Source: Takakia lepidozioides (taxonomy: Eukaryota; Plantae; Bryophyta). Taken from it: DNA of 64,000 bases. Each line of letters begins with the position of its first letter. The stretch's first letter is position 1. The position numbers and the translations under genes were made by a program. Positions 24,123-37,700 of the stretch are shown here, piece after piece. The notes under the pieces are model-generated. The model was not told the DNA's origin. It worked only from the letters and a program-made list of their open reading frames with translations, and did not search any database. The stretch is taken from the NCBI GenBank assembly GCA_030704615.1, contig CM060731.1:42532001-42596000 (forward strand), read 5' to 3'.

Positions 24123-27100
24123 ATGGCAGTGGGCAGGCCTCCAGTACCTCGTCGAGACCCGCAGCGCTATCCTGGCCTCAGCTCTGGGAATGGTTTGTCT
24201 GAGAGCAGGTGGGTGGGTGCCCCACCCATGCCCAAGTGCAGTTCAGAGAGGAAAGAGACAGTGGTGGAGAAGAGGAGCGGATCGAGCGATGGCTTGTCTG
24301 GATGGTGTGGGTGTATGAGCGGGCGTGGTGCAGTCTCGCCTCCGCCCCCGAGTGGACGCAGCAGCCGAGCGAAAAAATCCGGGGAGTGCAAGTCTGGAGA
24401 GATAAAGAGTGGGGATATTAGTGCTTTGGTGAAGAATTTCGGTGGTAGCTTCGAGCGATCCACCCCGGGGAGTTCTCCATTTCGGCCTCGCCGCTCGCCT
24501 GGGAAGGTGTCACCGTTGGTGGAGGTCATCCCCCCGGCGCTGGGCATGGCCCCTTCTGCCTACTCCCACTATGGAAAATTGAATGGTGGAGTGTCTAGCT
24601 CTCCCCCTGTGGATAAGATCAAGGCCTCGCCCACCCTGTTTGAGATGATGGCCCATGCGCAGGAAATGCAGCCCAAGCTTGCGCCGACTATTTCTCTGAG
24701 CCAGCAGCTCACATTTCAGGAGAAGATGAAGGCAATTCTCGCAGGTATTGCGGTCTTACTCCCTCAAGTCATTCAGACTTGTCAGTTGTTTTTATAAAGG
24801 CACCCACCCGGCGTCCAGGGGGTGTCACTGTGCAATGTATGCTTGTCACAGAGGTTGAACATTGCGGAAGGGCTTAAGGTGGTGATGTTCTGGTGAACTT
24901 CCGGAGACTGTTAGTTATTGATAAACACTACCTTACAATCGAGAGGAGGGCACGAATCTTCAATTCAAAGGATTAGGATAGACATTGAGCTTGCCAGCTC
25001 TGTGACGAGGCCTGTCATTGCGTAAGCAAAGGGGTTTAACTCCGTAAGATGGTAATGTGGTTAGAGGCGCTTGTAGCTTTATGCTTTTTATGGTTGATAC
25101 GAGTTGTAAGGTCTGTTGCGTCGCCTAATGGGAGCCTGCCATCTACATGAGCTGTACTTATTTCAATGTAGGTCTCTGACTTGCGGGGTTCCTGCATGGA
25201 GGTCGCTGCGTCGCTCTGACTGCTACATGGCAGCAGTGTCATTGAAACTGATAAAGTGAAGACTTTCAGTTGATGTATTGTGGTACAGTTCGGTGTCTGT
25301 TGTGTTTGCGAGGAATTTCTAGTCAACTTATTTGTCTTGGAACATGCAGGTAGCAGCCCTGGTAACCAATTTAATGATATGGTCACCAGCGATTTGAAGC
25401 TTACCCTGAACAACAAGGAAGGATACAGTGTGACTGTCAGTGTGCACCGGCATATCTTGGTTTCTCACAGCAGATTCTTTGCAGCTAAGCTGTCAGACTG
25501 GTGGTCGAAGCAGCAGCGGGGGAGTCCAAAGTTGATTGAAATTACTGATATTGAGGATGTCGAGATTTATTTGGAAACACTCCGTTTGATGTACTGCCAG
25601 GATGTGAAGCGCAGCCTCATGAAGGAGAGTGTGATCCGAGTCCTAGGAATACTTAAGGTGCGGTACTTCATGGCATCTTAGATAGAGGGTTCTGCATTAG
25701 ACTTTCCCCTAGCCTGGGTGGAGAGAGAAGAGCAGTGGTACTGGTGTGGAAGCGAATTTCTTGAATTGTTTTTTGACAACCGGACCTGCTTGAGTCTGTC
25801 AATATGTGAGGTTGGCATGTGTTAACAACTGGAAGCTCAGCTCCTACCGAGTTCCTGCAGAGACAGTAAAACTAATGGTGTGGTAGCTGTATTACATTTA
25901 TCAGTTTGTTTGGATCTGTCCTCATGCCACTGTTGCTGATTTGTTGTGCAGCTATCAGCTCACATAATGTTTGAGGGAGGTGTTTTTTCATGCTTGGAAT
26001 ACTTGGAAGCTGTTCCCTGGGCAGAGGATGAAGAAGAGAAAGTAATGACACTTCTGTCTCAGTTAGAGTTGGAAAATGTGGGGGTTGCCGCTGATGTGAT
26101 GAAACGGTGCTCTGGACTGGACACCTCCACCACTGAAGATGTGTTAGTGCGCCTGCTGCAATCCGTCACCAAAGGTAAGGTTGACCTTTCCCATTCTTTT
26201 GCTTATCATCTGCTTGAAATTTCTACTGAAAGGATAAAATAGGTGTAATGATATCACTGCAGTGTCTGTTGAACTCCAGGTATTTTGGGGATCACCAGGA
26301 TTGTACCTCTGCTACATGTATGCAAGACATAGTGAAGCTGCCAGTGTGGCTAAGGGCATATCTCCCATGGAATATCCTTCTGATGATAGACTCCTTTGCA
26401 GCTGAGTAAAACATGCAGCACAAAATTATATCAGTTTGAACTTCTTCACTTTCTAGGATTTTAGAACCATTTCGATTTTCAGCTTCACGTATGACCTCAA
26501 TTGGGGGTCGCAGCTTTCAATTAGCTGCCCCAGGTACGTACTCAGACAGCTCCCACTAAGCAACTTTTCATGAGACCTTCTCCCCTCTTTCTGGCTCAAT
26601 GATGTATTCCAACACTTGGTTTGTGTAACATTATTCAAGGTACTGATGACAAAGCCCGGAGGGAGATGAAATCATTGGTCTCTCGAATGCTGCGGGAGAA
26701 TATGGCACAGAACAGGGGTACTGTGGACGTAAGCAAAGAGAGCTTGTATCGTGCCTGTCATGGATGCTTGGATTCCTTACTCCATCTCTTCATGCAGGTT
26801 AGTGTGCAAACTCTGGTGGGTCCATAAATTGCTCCGCCTTTCCGTTGTGTCTGTGTGCACCTGTCATCCATTTCTGGTCAAGGGATCAAAGAGGTGACTA
26901 GTGCTGCACCAAGCTTGCGCTTTACCTTCACCAGTTCAAGAGTTCCCTGATACGGCCCAGTCATACTTGACTGGTAAGCATCTGCCTGGAGGCCAGGCAC
27001 ATATTCAGTTCATTTTATTACAACTTGTGGTCTGTGGGGGAGATACCATCTGTTTGGGACTTCATCGGTGCTGGGTGGCAGAGGCCATTTGCAGTGTAGG

Positions 27101-28078
27101 CCAAGGGTTTAGTACAGGTCCAGGATGGTCTCACACTCTCGTCTCAGGTGTCCCATGGGCTGCCATGTGTATCAAAGGTATTGTGGAGAGCTGAGAGTGA
27201 CAAAGAATTGTTGGTGCTCACCCAGGAAAAGAAATTCCACCTTTAAGCTCTAGTGTACTTAAGCCCCAAAATGCATGGACTGTCACAACTACTTTGCCAT
27301 GTTATGTGATATCTGGCTGTTACAACTGTAAGCAAACTCATGTCCCAGATGAAGTGGCTCAGAACACTGGGTTATCTTTTGCAGGCCAAGGGCAGTGAAG
27401 ACCGAGGGATGCTTATTGAAATTGCTCGGCAAGCTGACAATCTTCACTGGTTGGTGGATATTCTCATTGATCGCCAGATTGCTGATGACTTTGTGCGCAT
27501 GTGGGCACACCAAGCAGAGCTTGCTACTTTGCACATGCAGATCCCCATCATGTTCCGCTATGAAGTCAGCCGCCTGACAGCAAGACTTTGTATTGCTATT
27601 GGGAAGGGACAGGTATTGCCTCTTCGCACCAGATGTGCCTGTGTTTGTTTTCAAGTCAAATGTTGTGAGACTCCATTTGCTGGGAAATAATTAGAGGGTG
27701 GCAGTCCCCTCATTTGTCAATCATGGAGATTTCTCCTGAAGGCTTATTTTTGTGTCATTGTGGGAACAGGTGCTCTCTCCCAAGGACGTGCGGTTCTATC
27801 TGCTGCAGACTTGGCTACAGCCTCTGGTTGAGGATTTTGCATGGATGCAGAGGTGTTGCCGCAACTTAGACAAGAAAGTAGTTGAAGAGGGCATTAGTCA
27901 GACTATTCTTACCCTCCCCTTAAAGCAGCAACAGAGCATTTTGCTGTCATGGTTTGATCGATTTTCAATCTCTGGTGACGACTGTCCAAATCTTCAGAAA
28001 GCTTTCGAGGTGTGGTGGCGGAGGACTTTTGTGCGGCCTAATTTGGAAGAGGAGGCTGGTCCAAAACCCTCTTTTTGA
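24123..28078 (+). CDS. BTB/POZ domain protein (At1g63850/At3g05675-like); exons 24123-24744, 25350-25657, 25952-26174, 26640-26797, 27385-27612, 27770-28078
   Basis: [106 protein letters not shown]; GT-AG introns. Confidence 0.9.
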
Positions 28079-30145
28079 GCTGCATAGATTCAGGTTCAGT
28101 CTTCATTGGGTCTTATTTAAGAGGCTCTTTCAGAGCTTGTTGTGGATGTGTGGCTGCGCACCTTAGAACTTTGGTGTGCAATTTGAAGTTGGCAGTTGCT
28201 GAAATAATGGGATCATCAGTGTCGTCAGTATGGAGCAATCCATAAATCCACCTGCTCAAGCAGCACTGTCCAAGGCACCTGGAGGCTTGGGATCCAGGGC
28301 GCCCTTGCAGGATCCCCTTACTGGAAGGGGTCTTGTTCTTAAGACAGAAATGACAGCACAATGTTAGTATCTTGAAACTTACTGGCGCAGACAACATTCC
28401 ACAGATTACGAGTAAGGGGAGTGGGGTTGCTGGTCCGGTGGCACTGCTGGTTGGAAGCCAGATGAAAGCAATGGTTGAAAGCTCTCAGATAGTACAAGAG
28501 CAAGGGTGTCGAACTGCTGCGTTGCAGGAAATTGCTGGCAGGTGTGTTGAAATGGTCTTTTGTAACTTCAACGAGGCAGTACAGTTTACCTGGAGAGGCC
28601 TGGCCGAGGCGATAGGCCCAATGCATTGGTCAGACTTTCCCTTTTGTAACTCTGGTGGGGCAAGCCGATCAATTTCTGGAAAAGTGGTACATGGTTTTTA
28701 GGCACATGGTGCCTTGTATGCATACTCATATTTTAGTGAGCCTGGGGAGCTTGTTCCCTCCATAGCCTTACCTCTGAAAGGCTTTTATGTATGCCCTATT
28801 AATTAATCTGAGTGAACCACTTGGTCACTTTGTTAGCTTATGTCGAATGTGGAGTCTCTATGAGTTTTTCAGAGGAGTGTGTGATATCAGGGGAGTCTCA
28901 GAAGTGTTTTTCACACATGACATTGACCTTTGCATCATGACGCTATAAAAACCCGAGTTTACAATAACCTGCTGTGCAGGAGGATGCTTGTTGTTATTTT
29001 TTAGCTCACATCGGAGAGAAAAGTGACTTGACGTATTAGGTGATGGCCATTGGGAGGTGAATTCCCTGAAATAATCCAGTGAGCCATGGCCTGTCAAGCC
29101 AATACAGCCTCTGTTTGGTGTGATCTGGAGATCCGACTCCACCGGGGCACATGGAGGGAGGGTCCCATATGTGTGCACATCTGAATCAACCTACAGGAAG
29201 TTCCACAGTTATTTCAATGTCTTAGTCTAGCAGCAGCAGACCCAAGAGACAGAATGGAACATGGCGTAGGATGCAGAGAGAAGAGAAAAGAAGAGACTAT
29301 GGTGAAGCTCAGTGTGCTTCTGGGACAAAGAAAAGAGAAAGCAGAATGAGTAGAACACTCATTAGTATAATGCTTTGAGGTTATACATATGCCATAGCAT
29401 TGTGGCCATTGGTCTTTTCTCTAGAACCCATCCATACAGCTGCCAAGTCCTCTCATAGCCAAGCCAATGAAGTTTCATTTGCGAGTTTCGCTAGTCATAA
29501 GGATTGATTGGCAATCAGGTAGATAGTGATATTCTGCAGTATTGCAGTTGACAGTGTGACAAAGGAGCTCAGAATCTGTGTCTCAGCACATTACTAGGGC
29601 TCGCGGGCACCCGGCTACAAGCTGGACAAGAAGGCCAGTCCTTCAATGTGTCAACTCCAAAATTCCACAGCCAATGTCCTCTGAAATGAGAGTCATGTCT
29701 GTCTTAAGGTGTATAGAGGATTTCATTTTCACTGCGAATTTAACTTGCAGCCAAAGGTTCCATTTCCCATGACCCATTAACCAATGCTGCCATTTCTAAG
29801 TCATGTACTGGGATTGGTGCCCTCCTCAAAGTAACAAAGGACCAGGTTTTTACATTTTTTGCAGGGGTGTAAGGGCATTTGCTTAACACTTTCCCGCACT
29901 CTTGCCAAAGCAAATATAACTCATAGTTTCACTTGACCCCAAAGGACTAATGCCTTTGGCAGATGGGATAGATCTCAATAGAACATCTCCAAACCGAAAA
30001 CCGGATTGGATATATACACATATATGAGTGTAGTCGAGCCCTTGCAATGTTGAGTGGCAAACACTTGGGCAGAGTGAAGGTCAGGGATTGTTTGTTGGAA
30101 GTGTGGAGTGCATGACTCTTAGTCCCAACAACCGCCTCAGTCAGG

Positions 30146-32250
30146 ATGATGGGCAAGAGATGGACGAACGACGTCGGCCAGTGGACGATGTCGTCACGTC
30201 GACGTCCACGCAGGGTACAAGAAGAGCTCCAAGAAGACGTTGGACGAATAAGAATTCTCGCTTCTTGGTGTGCCTTCTCTCACTCTCTTCAGTACTGTTG
30301 TCACCTCCGCACTCTCCTTCCCATTGTGCGGTGGAGAGACACACCCTTCAACCTCCGATCGCTCGTGATATAGTTTTGCATGTCATATTGTAGCTGGCAG
30401 GGACTATAAAGATCGCAACTAAAGCAGACTGAGCATGCGAGCTCAGAGCACAAGACAGAGCTATAGTCCGTAGTAGTGCTAGGGGGCAGCTGCAGCAAGA
30501 GAAGTTCAAAAGTCGGGGCACTAGATGGGCAGAGAAATTGGGCACCAGTTGATGCGCGCAGCAGGGGAGAGGCTGAGAGATATGGAGAATCTGAGGGCAG
30601 CGTTGATGTGGGTGGCCACCGTATATTTTCTTTTGCTGACAAAGCTGATGGGACGTGTTTCTGCGTACTACCTTCCCCTGGACATGTGTGACTTCTACTT
30701 CGAGGGCCACCGAGACAGCTCTCCTGTATTTGATGTGGTGGAAAACAAGAATTTGACATTCCCACCTTCCATTCTCACCAAGTTAGTACCTCAACTATGC
30801 AAGCTGAACCTCGAGCATAGAATCATTGGAGAAATTTGCCAATCCTGGCGTCAGATGAATATGCGCATCATAAGTTACTTGCACCCTGTTTCCCTAAGTA
30901 GTTATGTACATCTAAACATCTGAAAGCATGATATCATGCGGTCCACTTGGACCAAGAGTGAGCTTGATATTCTATCTAAGTGAGCTAGATATCCAAGAGT
31001 CAGCTAGCTGAACTCAAGTACTCGAGACAAGCTAGTTGTGGTCATGTTAATATCCCCAAGTAACCGTGACATTTGGTGATGATTGAGCCTGCAAAATTTT
31101 CCTGGCAGCCCAGTACGTATCAGCAATCTAAACTCCATGTTTTACCTTGTCTGGCAGGGACGATGTACCGGTCACCAGAGCGCAGATGAATACCAACTGT
31201 GCGTTTCTGGCAGATCCCTCCATCGTGTTTGGCTTCACACAACCGTGTTCAGGAAATTTCAGTGTGACCGACCATAAGCTTTCCGCTCTATTTTCCGACA
31301 CACGATCCAGTCCGCTCTTCAGTGCCTATCGGGGTCACCATGCTTTACTGCCGTTTGAGGTTCATCCAAACTTGCAAGCAGCTGCAAAAATACTTGCTAT
31401 GTTTCAAATCCACTGTGCAGTTTGATATCACAATCTGAGCTGTCAATTGGAAACTCAATTTTTGTACACTTGTAAATGAGAACAATGCTGCAGATGTTAA
31501 GAACAAGATCGATCCTCACTTCTAGACAATCTAGTCAGCAAAGAATCGGCTCAACCAGCAGCTATCTAAACACGATATTAAGATATATAGTAATAAAGAG
31601 ACGATCGCTGAACATTTATCAGACTCTTCCAAGTAACTAATTTTAGCACTTACGAGTAAATTTTTTGATGCAGAGAGTAGAACTGCAGGATGGGACTGTG
31701 CTAGCTCCTGGTGATGGCATCATACGCTATCTTCAGACCAGGCGGTGCCTCACCTTCTTCACAGCCCCAGGTGAGCAATTACCATCACCAACTCTGCTCC
31801 AAGGGAAAGTGTCTAAGTAGACACTAAGTAATTAATCCTTCTAAGATGGCAAGCCTGAGGATCCATGTAGCGACAGCGTCGTTTCCATTGTATGAAATTA
31901 CCCTTTGATCTGTGAAATTATGTGTAACCTGGAGCCGATTGTTTTTTCGCAAACAGGAGCGATTGATCAGACCATGAGGACGGGCAAACAGCCAGACCTA
32001 CTTACGGAGATAGTCTCCAAGATGCTTAACAAGGAGCATCGCAAGAAGCTCAAGAAACTCGACAAATCTGTGGTAGAGCTGCGCCATAATCTCCGCTCTG
32101 TACTTCACGATCTTATCTCCTTTCCCTGATGTACTACAGCCAGCATTCAAACATTTGGACATAACACAATTTGCAGTACAAGTTTAATGGTTTGCTAGTG
32201 GGTTCTATTGCTGCATTAGAACAGGTCCGCATTCCCAACAACTATATGCT
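30146..32250 (+). CDS. Possible multi-exon gene or pseudogene of unknown function
   Basis: Exon-like segments flanked by splice-like sites, e.g. 31674-31770 (RVELQDGTVLAPGDGIIRYLQTRR...) and ~31958-32098 (AIDQTMRTGKQPDLLTEIVSKMLNKEHRKKLKK). No recognised domain and the model is incomplete. Confidence 0.3.
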
Positions 32251-34269
32251 TCAGCTCCGCCCAGCTATAGAACTCGTCCGAAAGTAGAAGAGCTGCCAAT
32301 TAATCTAAAAACAGACAGGACTACATACATCTTCTAGAGGACTTGTGCTTACATATTAGCTTCTTGAAAAAACTCTGGATGTCCAGTTTCTTATTAAACC
32401 CCAGTGAAGCCCCGGAGATATCGCAGAGAGGCACTAGTACTTAGTAAAGCTCTCAGGCAATGAAAGCCATGCGTTTGGACCATAACTTTAGTCCTAATAC
32501 TGAATCAGAATGAAACACCAGAAATGAGTGATCAAACTCAAATGGTATTTGTAAACAGCATGCATGCAAGTGCTGGATTGTGCATGTCTCTCTCTCTACC
32601 GTTGTGTACGGGCCTACCTCGATCGTCTCGCGTGGGCCCGCTATCGTCAAGTGAGGGCGCCAAGAGAGTCGAGATTTAGACCCTCTCTATTACCTTGTTG
32701 TTTCTGTATATTCCCAGTCCAGTATGACTCCTCTTTGTGAATACTAGAATCTACTTTCATCCAAAATAAAGTTTATTCAAATTCATCCATTTAATTTTTC
32801 AAATAGAATAGATGTTATTGAAGGGAGGTGTTACTTGGAGAAGGACATCAGGAAACAACAATAGAGACTGGCCAGCTCCTCTTTGTGAATAGCGAAATCT
32901 ATTTTCATAATAATAAACTTGAAATTTCATCCATTTATTCTTCATAAATTGTTCAATAAGATAGATGTTTACCCCAGAGAGATGTTACTTGGAGGCATTT
33001 CATGAAGTAGTTTTCAACAAAGGAGATGAGGTGACATTGGGGGAAGGCACAACTGGGGGCTTAGTGATTTTTGACCCCGTCAACAAGGTGTGAGATACAT
33101 GAAATCCCTGCCATTGTTTTATTGATATGAAGTTTTATGGAATTATGTTATGGCTAATAATAATGTATCTTAGGGGGATGGGCTCTCTTGCTTTGGCAAA
33201 ACATAAGAAAAAAGTGAGAGTGAGGGGCATGATGTAGCATAACACACCAATCAGAGCCTTGGCAAGGTCCTTTGACCACATTTTCTCCATTGACTTGAAC
33301 ATGTTGATTTGCCTTAATGGGCAAATCGTGAATTGGGCAAGCTTCTTATTGAAGAAGTTAACCCAAGAATTGACCCGCGCCTCAATTGCGCCTCGCCACG
33401 TGGCGTGGCAGTATGGTATATAGCAAAGTCTCTATAGGGCCCACCCTTGAAAAGGTAGTAGCCATGAGGCAAAGTGGAGTCTTCTCTCTCTTCGGCAGAG
33501 CAGGTAGCCCAATGGTTGGTGTGCATAACATAGGTGATCATGGGTTCAATCCTTCAACATGTGCCTTCAGACCGTCCATTGGGCCCTCGATGGCCTCTGT
33601 TGAGCAGTAGGCTATCTAAATTCACGGATGTTAAAGAAACTTTATCTTATTTTTATCTCTTGAAAAGTCTCTCTCTTTACAAGAGGCCAATAAAGACATG
33701 TGCCCAATTGGGAACTAAAATCTTTCATGTTCCCATTAAGTCTCATGGGAACAACCATGATATAAGGTTAAGGTCACTTGATGCATAATCCCTACCCTGT
33801 CGGGCAGGGCCAATAAACGATAATATGGTTGTAAGGTCAAGAGGATACTTCTACTACGAAGGAGGTTGTGGTTCCATTTCCTGTTAATGCTTAGTGTGGT
33901 GGAATGTTGAATGGGACTATCTCTCGATGTAGATTGTGATTGTTTACGTGGAGGCAGTTTAGTACGGGAAAGTTGCAACTGAGGCCGTAGAAAAGCGGAA
34001 GTACCGAGGGGACTTCTAAGTTCTCATGTGTAAAGGTTTTCTAACCTTCTGTTTGTTAGTTTTTTTCTTTTTGGTGAATAGGGAACTTTTTTTTCCGCTT
34101 ATTTCCTTTGATCATAGGAGGAAAAAGACAAAAAGTAAAGAAACAGAACGATCAAGGAAAAAAAGAAAAAAATTGGGCCGAACCTTACATGAAAATTCCC
34201 CATAAGATATGCCTTTATGCCACCTCAACGATGCATATATACATATGGCTCCCTCAAAGAGGCGCAAGC

Positions 34270-35600
34270 AGGGTATGGAACTTATTCTGTTAAAGATAAC
34301 TTGAGGTCGTACAAAAGACTACGAGGACGCCAAATATCCTACACACAGAACTCATGGCTATCCATTATGCCATAAAAAATCTAAGAAACCAACCCATAGG
34401 CTCAACACATTCACCTATTTACGGACAGTTTAGTCTCTCTCTACCTCCTCACAATCAAACCTCAAACCTTCTACACAAATGCGTCATCCAGACCTTAACA
34501 TTATTAAAGCAATCATTGATGTTACTTCATCCCTTCCGCTACAAATCCATATACATAAAGTTTGCTCCCGTACACACATATTAGGAAATGACATTGCAAA
34601 CCAAATGGCTCAGCTCGGCTCCATGCAGCCTTCTGTAAATCCCTTAGATGACCCTATTCACTTAGCATACGCATATCCATTTTGGCTTGTCTCAACTACG
34701 GCGAGATTCCCTCCTATACGAGATCTACACATATATGTCACAAAGGAAACCAAACAACAATTCCAACTATCCCGCACCTACACAAAACCATACATATCTA
34801 AATGGGTATCTTCCCCACACCTAGTGCATGCCATGTCCAAACACTTTTGCACCTCTCCTATAATTACTGATGCCCAAATCAGACAAACACTACGATTCCG
34901 ATACGGACAATACATGGGTAATCAAAGAAGAAATCTATTCTGGCCTTTATTATAGCCTAACAAGCATTGCACATTATGCCACGCACAGCCCCAAAAGTGG
35001 ACACACCTGCTTCTCCATTGCAAGTACCCCATACTCCATGGATTACATATAACCAGATATAACCAAGGAGTTTGGCATCTTCAAAAACTTCTTCTGTCAC
35101 ATCTTAAATCGAAATGGTTTAACCTCATCAATGCAGGTATGTTTCAAGGTAGACCAAAGGACCACACAATAGCTCTATGGCTTCTATCTTGCACATGTCT
35201 TTATATCCCATGTCATTGTCTAGCAAGGTTATGCCTTAATATTTTACTTATCCACTACCTCTTTCATCAACAATACCACCAGGTCCACACCCCTCCCTCA
35301 CCATTCATATAATAGAATTTACATTAATTTGTCATGATAGAGACCCTAACAAATCAATTATGTATAAAAATGAAAAATATGAACCGCTCATCTTAGCCCT
35401 TCGTCACCATAGATGGAACACTGGCCCTTTGACTATCATTACCGCTGGTGGCAGAGGGGGAGCACATTGCCACAACACTCAAATTCTCAAAGAAAACCTC
35501 AAACTTCCGTTAAAACACACTACACCACTCTTACGCATCCTACACTTCACAACAATTACGTCACTTACAGCCTCCTCACTTACAGCCTCCTGTAAGTTCT
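34270..35600 (+). mobile_element. Degraded non-LTR retrotransposon 3' region: RNase H, zinc knuckle and restriction-like endonuclease (RLE)
   Basis: TELMAIHYAI ... IHIHKVCSRTHILGNDIANQMA (RNase H-like). Cys/His knuckle near 34965-35025. IIEFT..CHD...KNEKYEPLILAL...W...IITAGGRG (RLE C-terminus). Frameshifts and stops are present. Confidence 0.65.
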
Positions 35601-37000
35601 TATCAATCAAATGTCCTTATTCCTTGTTGAGGTTGTTGTCGTCGATTGAGTATGGTTTTGGCTAGAGGTTCATACTAAGTGAGTTTTGGGCGCATGTCGG
35701 GACGGCTTTCCGGAGAGCTTAGCCTGGACGTACAATGGTTGGAATCTGCCGGTTTTGCACAGTGTTACCATCCCAGGCCTAAGTTGTATGTTGGAGTTAT
35801 CCGAACTCATGTTAATAATTAGTCATGGTGAGAGTCATAGTGGGATGGATGGCCTATTTGCGATAAAGCCTCCCAAGAACTTTCTAGAACCATTGCTTTC
35901 ACAAATTTAGGGCATTTCTTGTGAGATTCGGAAAACGAGTAATGTGTTCTGGTATTTGCAGCAAATCATCTTCTAAAGTAGTTAAATGTTTTCATGTTCA
36001 ATGTACACTTAAATTTTAAAGGAGATTAGGTCTAGTCAGCATTTTCCCAATGCGATATTGTGATGGCAACAAATGTATATCATAGAGAAGTTCTAGAAGA
36101 TGGAATACAGACCCTGCTGGAGAGACCAGAATTTACGAAAACACAATTGCATCTTATACGTTAATAATGTCAAGTTTATACAATTTTAAATTACTCTTGT
36201 AATGTTTTACGCATTAGCTCAATCACCGCTTTGCATGGAATATTCTCTGGAAATATTTCCTGTATAATCTGCGTGTTCAGCAGGCTCACTCAGTACACAA
36301 CCTTTGAGAATAGTGCTTCAGGAGTCATATTTTCGTTTTGCGAAAATATCCGTAGGTGGAGACTTTAAAAAACGAGTGAGGATAGTTGGTGTCATGTTGA
36401 AATTATTCACATATTGGTTTCACAGTTACGAGGGGTTAGGGTATATGTTCCTGCATATGATAGGATAATCCGGGTATTTGCAGTTTAAGCTCTACAGATT
36501 TGCAATTTCGCATTGCAAAATTATTATTAAAAAAGTAGGTGTGTCAGAACAGTGATGTTGCGAGGGCCTATGTGAGCAGTTAAAAAAAGTTTCGCAAAGT
36601 TTTTAGTTTCGAAAGGTATCTAAGGAATATTCTGATTATCCGCTTCTGCTCACATCCACCACTACGTACTGGTTTTGGTAACTGGTTTTGGTTCTGATAG
36701 AGCCCACCCCCAAAAAGGGGGCAGTACCTGCAATTTAAGGGGCTCTTATTTATGCTAGCTCAGGCTGGCGTCATATATATATTACTGGGAATTAATTCCT
36801 TGTAAGACCCCGCATGGGAAAATTCTCCTCCAGAAGATCCCTCATACACAAAGGGAAAAAACTGAAAAATCTTTACATATAGGGGAAAGCCTGGTTTTGG
36901 TGGGCTTTAAATAGCATAACATCCCGCATGGGCTCGGGCCGTAATCTCAATAGGCAGGTAGTTTTCTTTTCACACGGTCTATAATACAGTTTTTACGTGA

Positions 37001-37151
37001 GTTAAAGTCCTGTAACTCAAGATTCCCACGCCCTGGGGGGTACCACCCTCAAGGCTATGGAAATTTGGTTAAAGTCCTGTAACTCTGGCTTTACGCGAAT
37101 CAAAGATTCCCACGGCCTGGGGGTACTACCCTCAAGGCTATGGAAATTTGA
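37001..37151. repeat. Local tandem duplication (~70-80 bp unit) within a probable non-autonomous repeat
   Basis: gttaaagtcctgtaactc...aagattcccacg.cctgggggtac.accctcaaggctatggaaatttg occurs twice. Confidence 0.75.
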
Positions 37152-37700
37152 ATCGCATCAAGCCCTGACCTAATTTTTGCTTTGTATTTCTAGGGCAGAT
37201 TATATTATTTGCCACGTTCCATGGAGATTTTGAAGGTTACAGGATTTTCCTGTAACCTTCATAATCTCCCTGACAGGACACTTTACCCGCCGCGGCCCCT
37301 ACGTAGTCACCCTAAGCGCTCACCCCGTTTATAGACTATACAGTGTACTGAATACGGGCAATCGATATGGGATAATTCGTGGCCAATCAGATTGCAGAAA
37401 AGAAATCCGGGCTTTACGCAGTGGGTCGGGTCGTAGCCCCAGGGCCATGGACCCTCGTACCGCGAAACAACCTCGTGGCGGGGACTCCCACTATACATAT
37501 ATTAACGAAGAGAAATCAGGCACAGTTGTTTAGGCCTACTTGTACAAGTACCGTCCTGCAGGAAATCCTGTAATCACGGGCCGTCACTTGTATTGCGATC
37601 TCGAGTGCGCAGCGTGCGAACACTGCTTTGCATGGTGGTGGCTGTGCTGGGGTGCTCTGCAACGCTTACTTCCCCTTTTCGTCTTGTCTCTCACCCCACC

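Noticed and set aside
32720-33005. Imperfect local duplication (likewise 40380-40555)
   Set aside because: Ordinary short duplications with no further structure.
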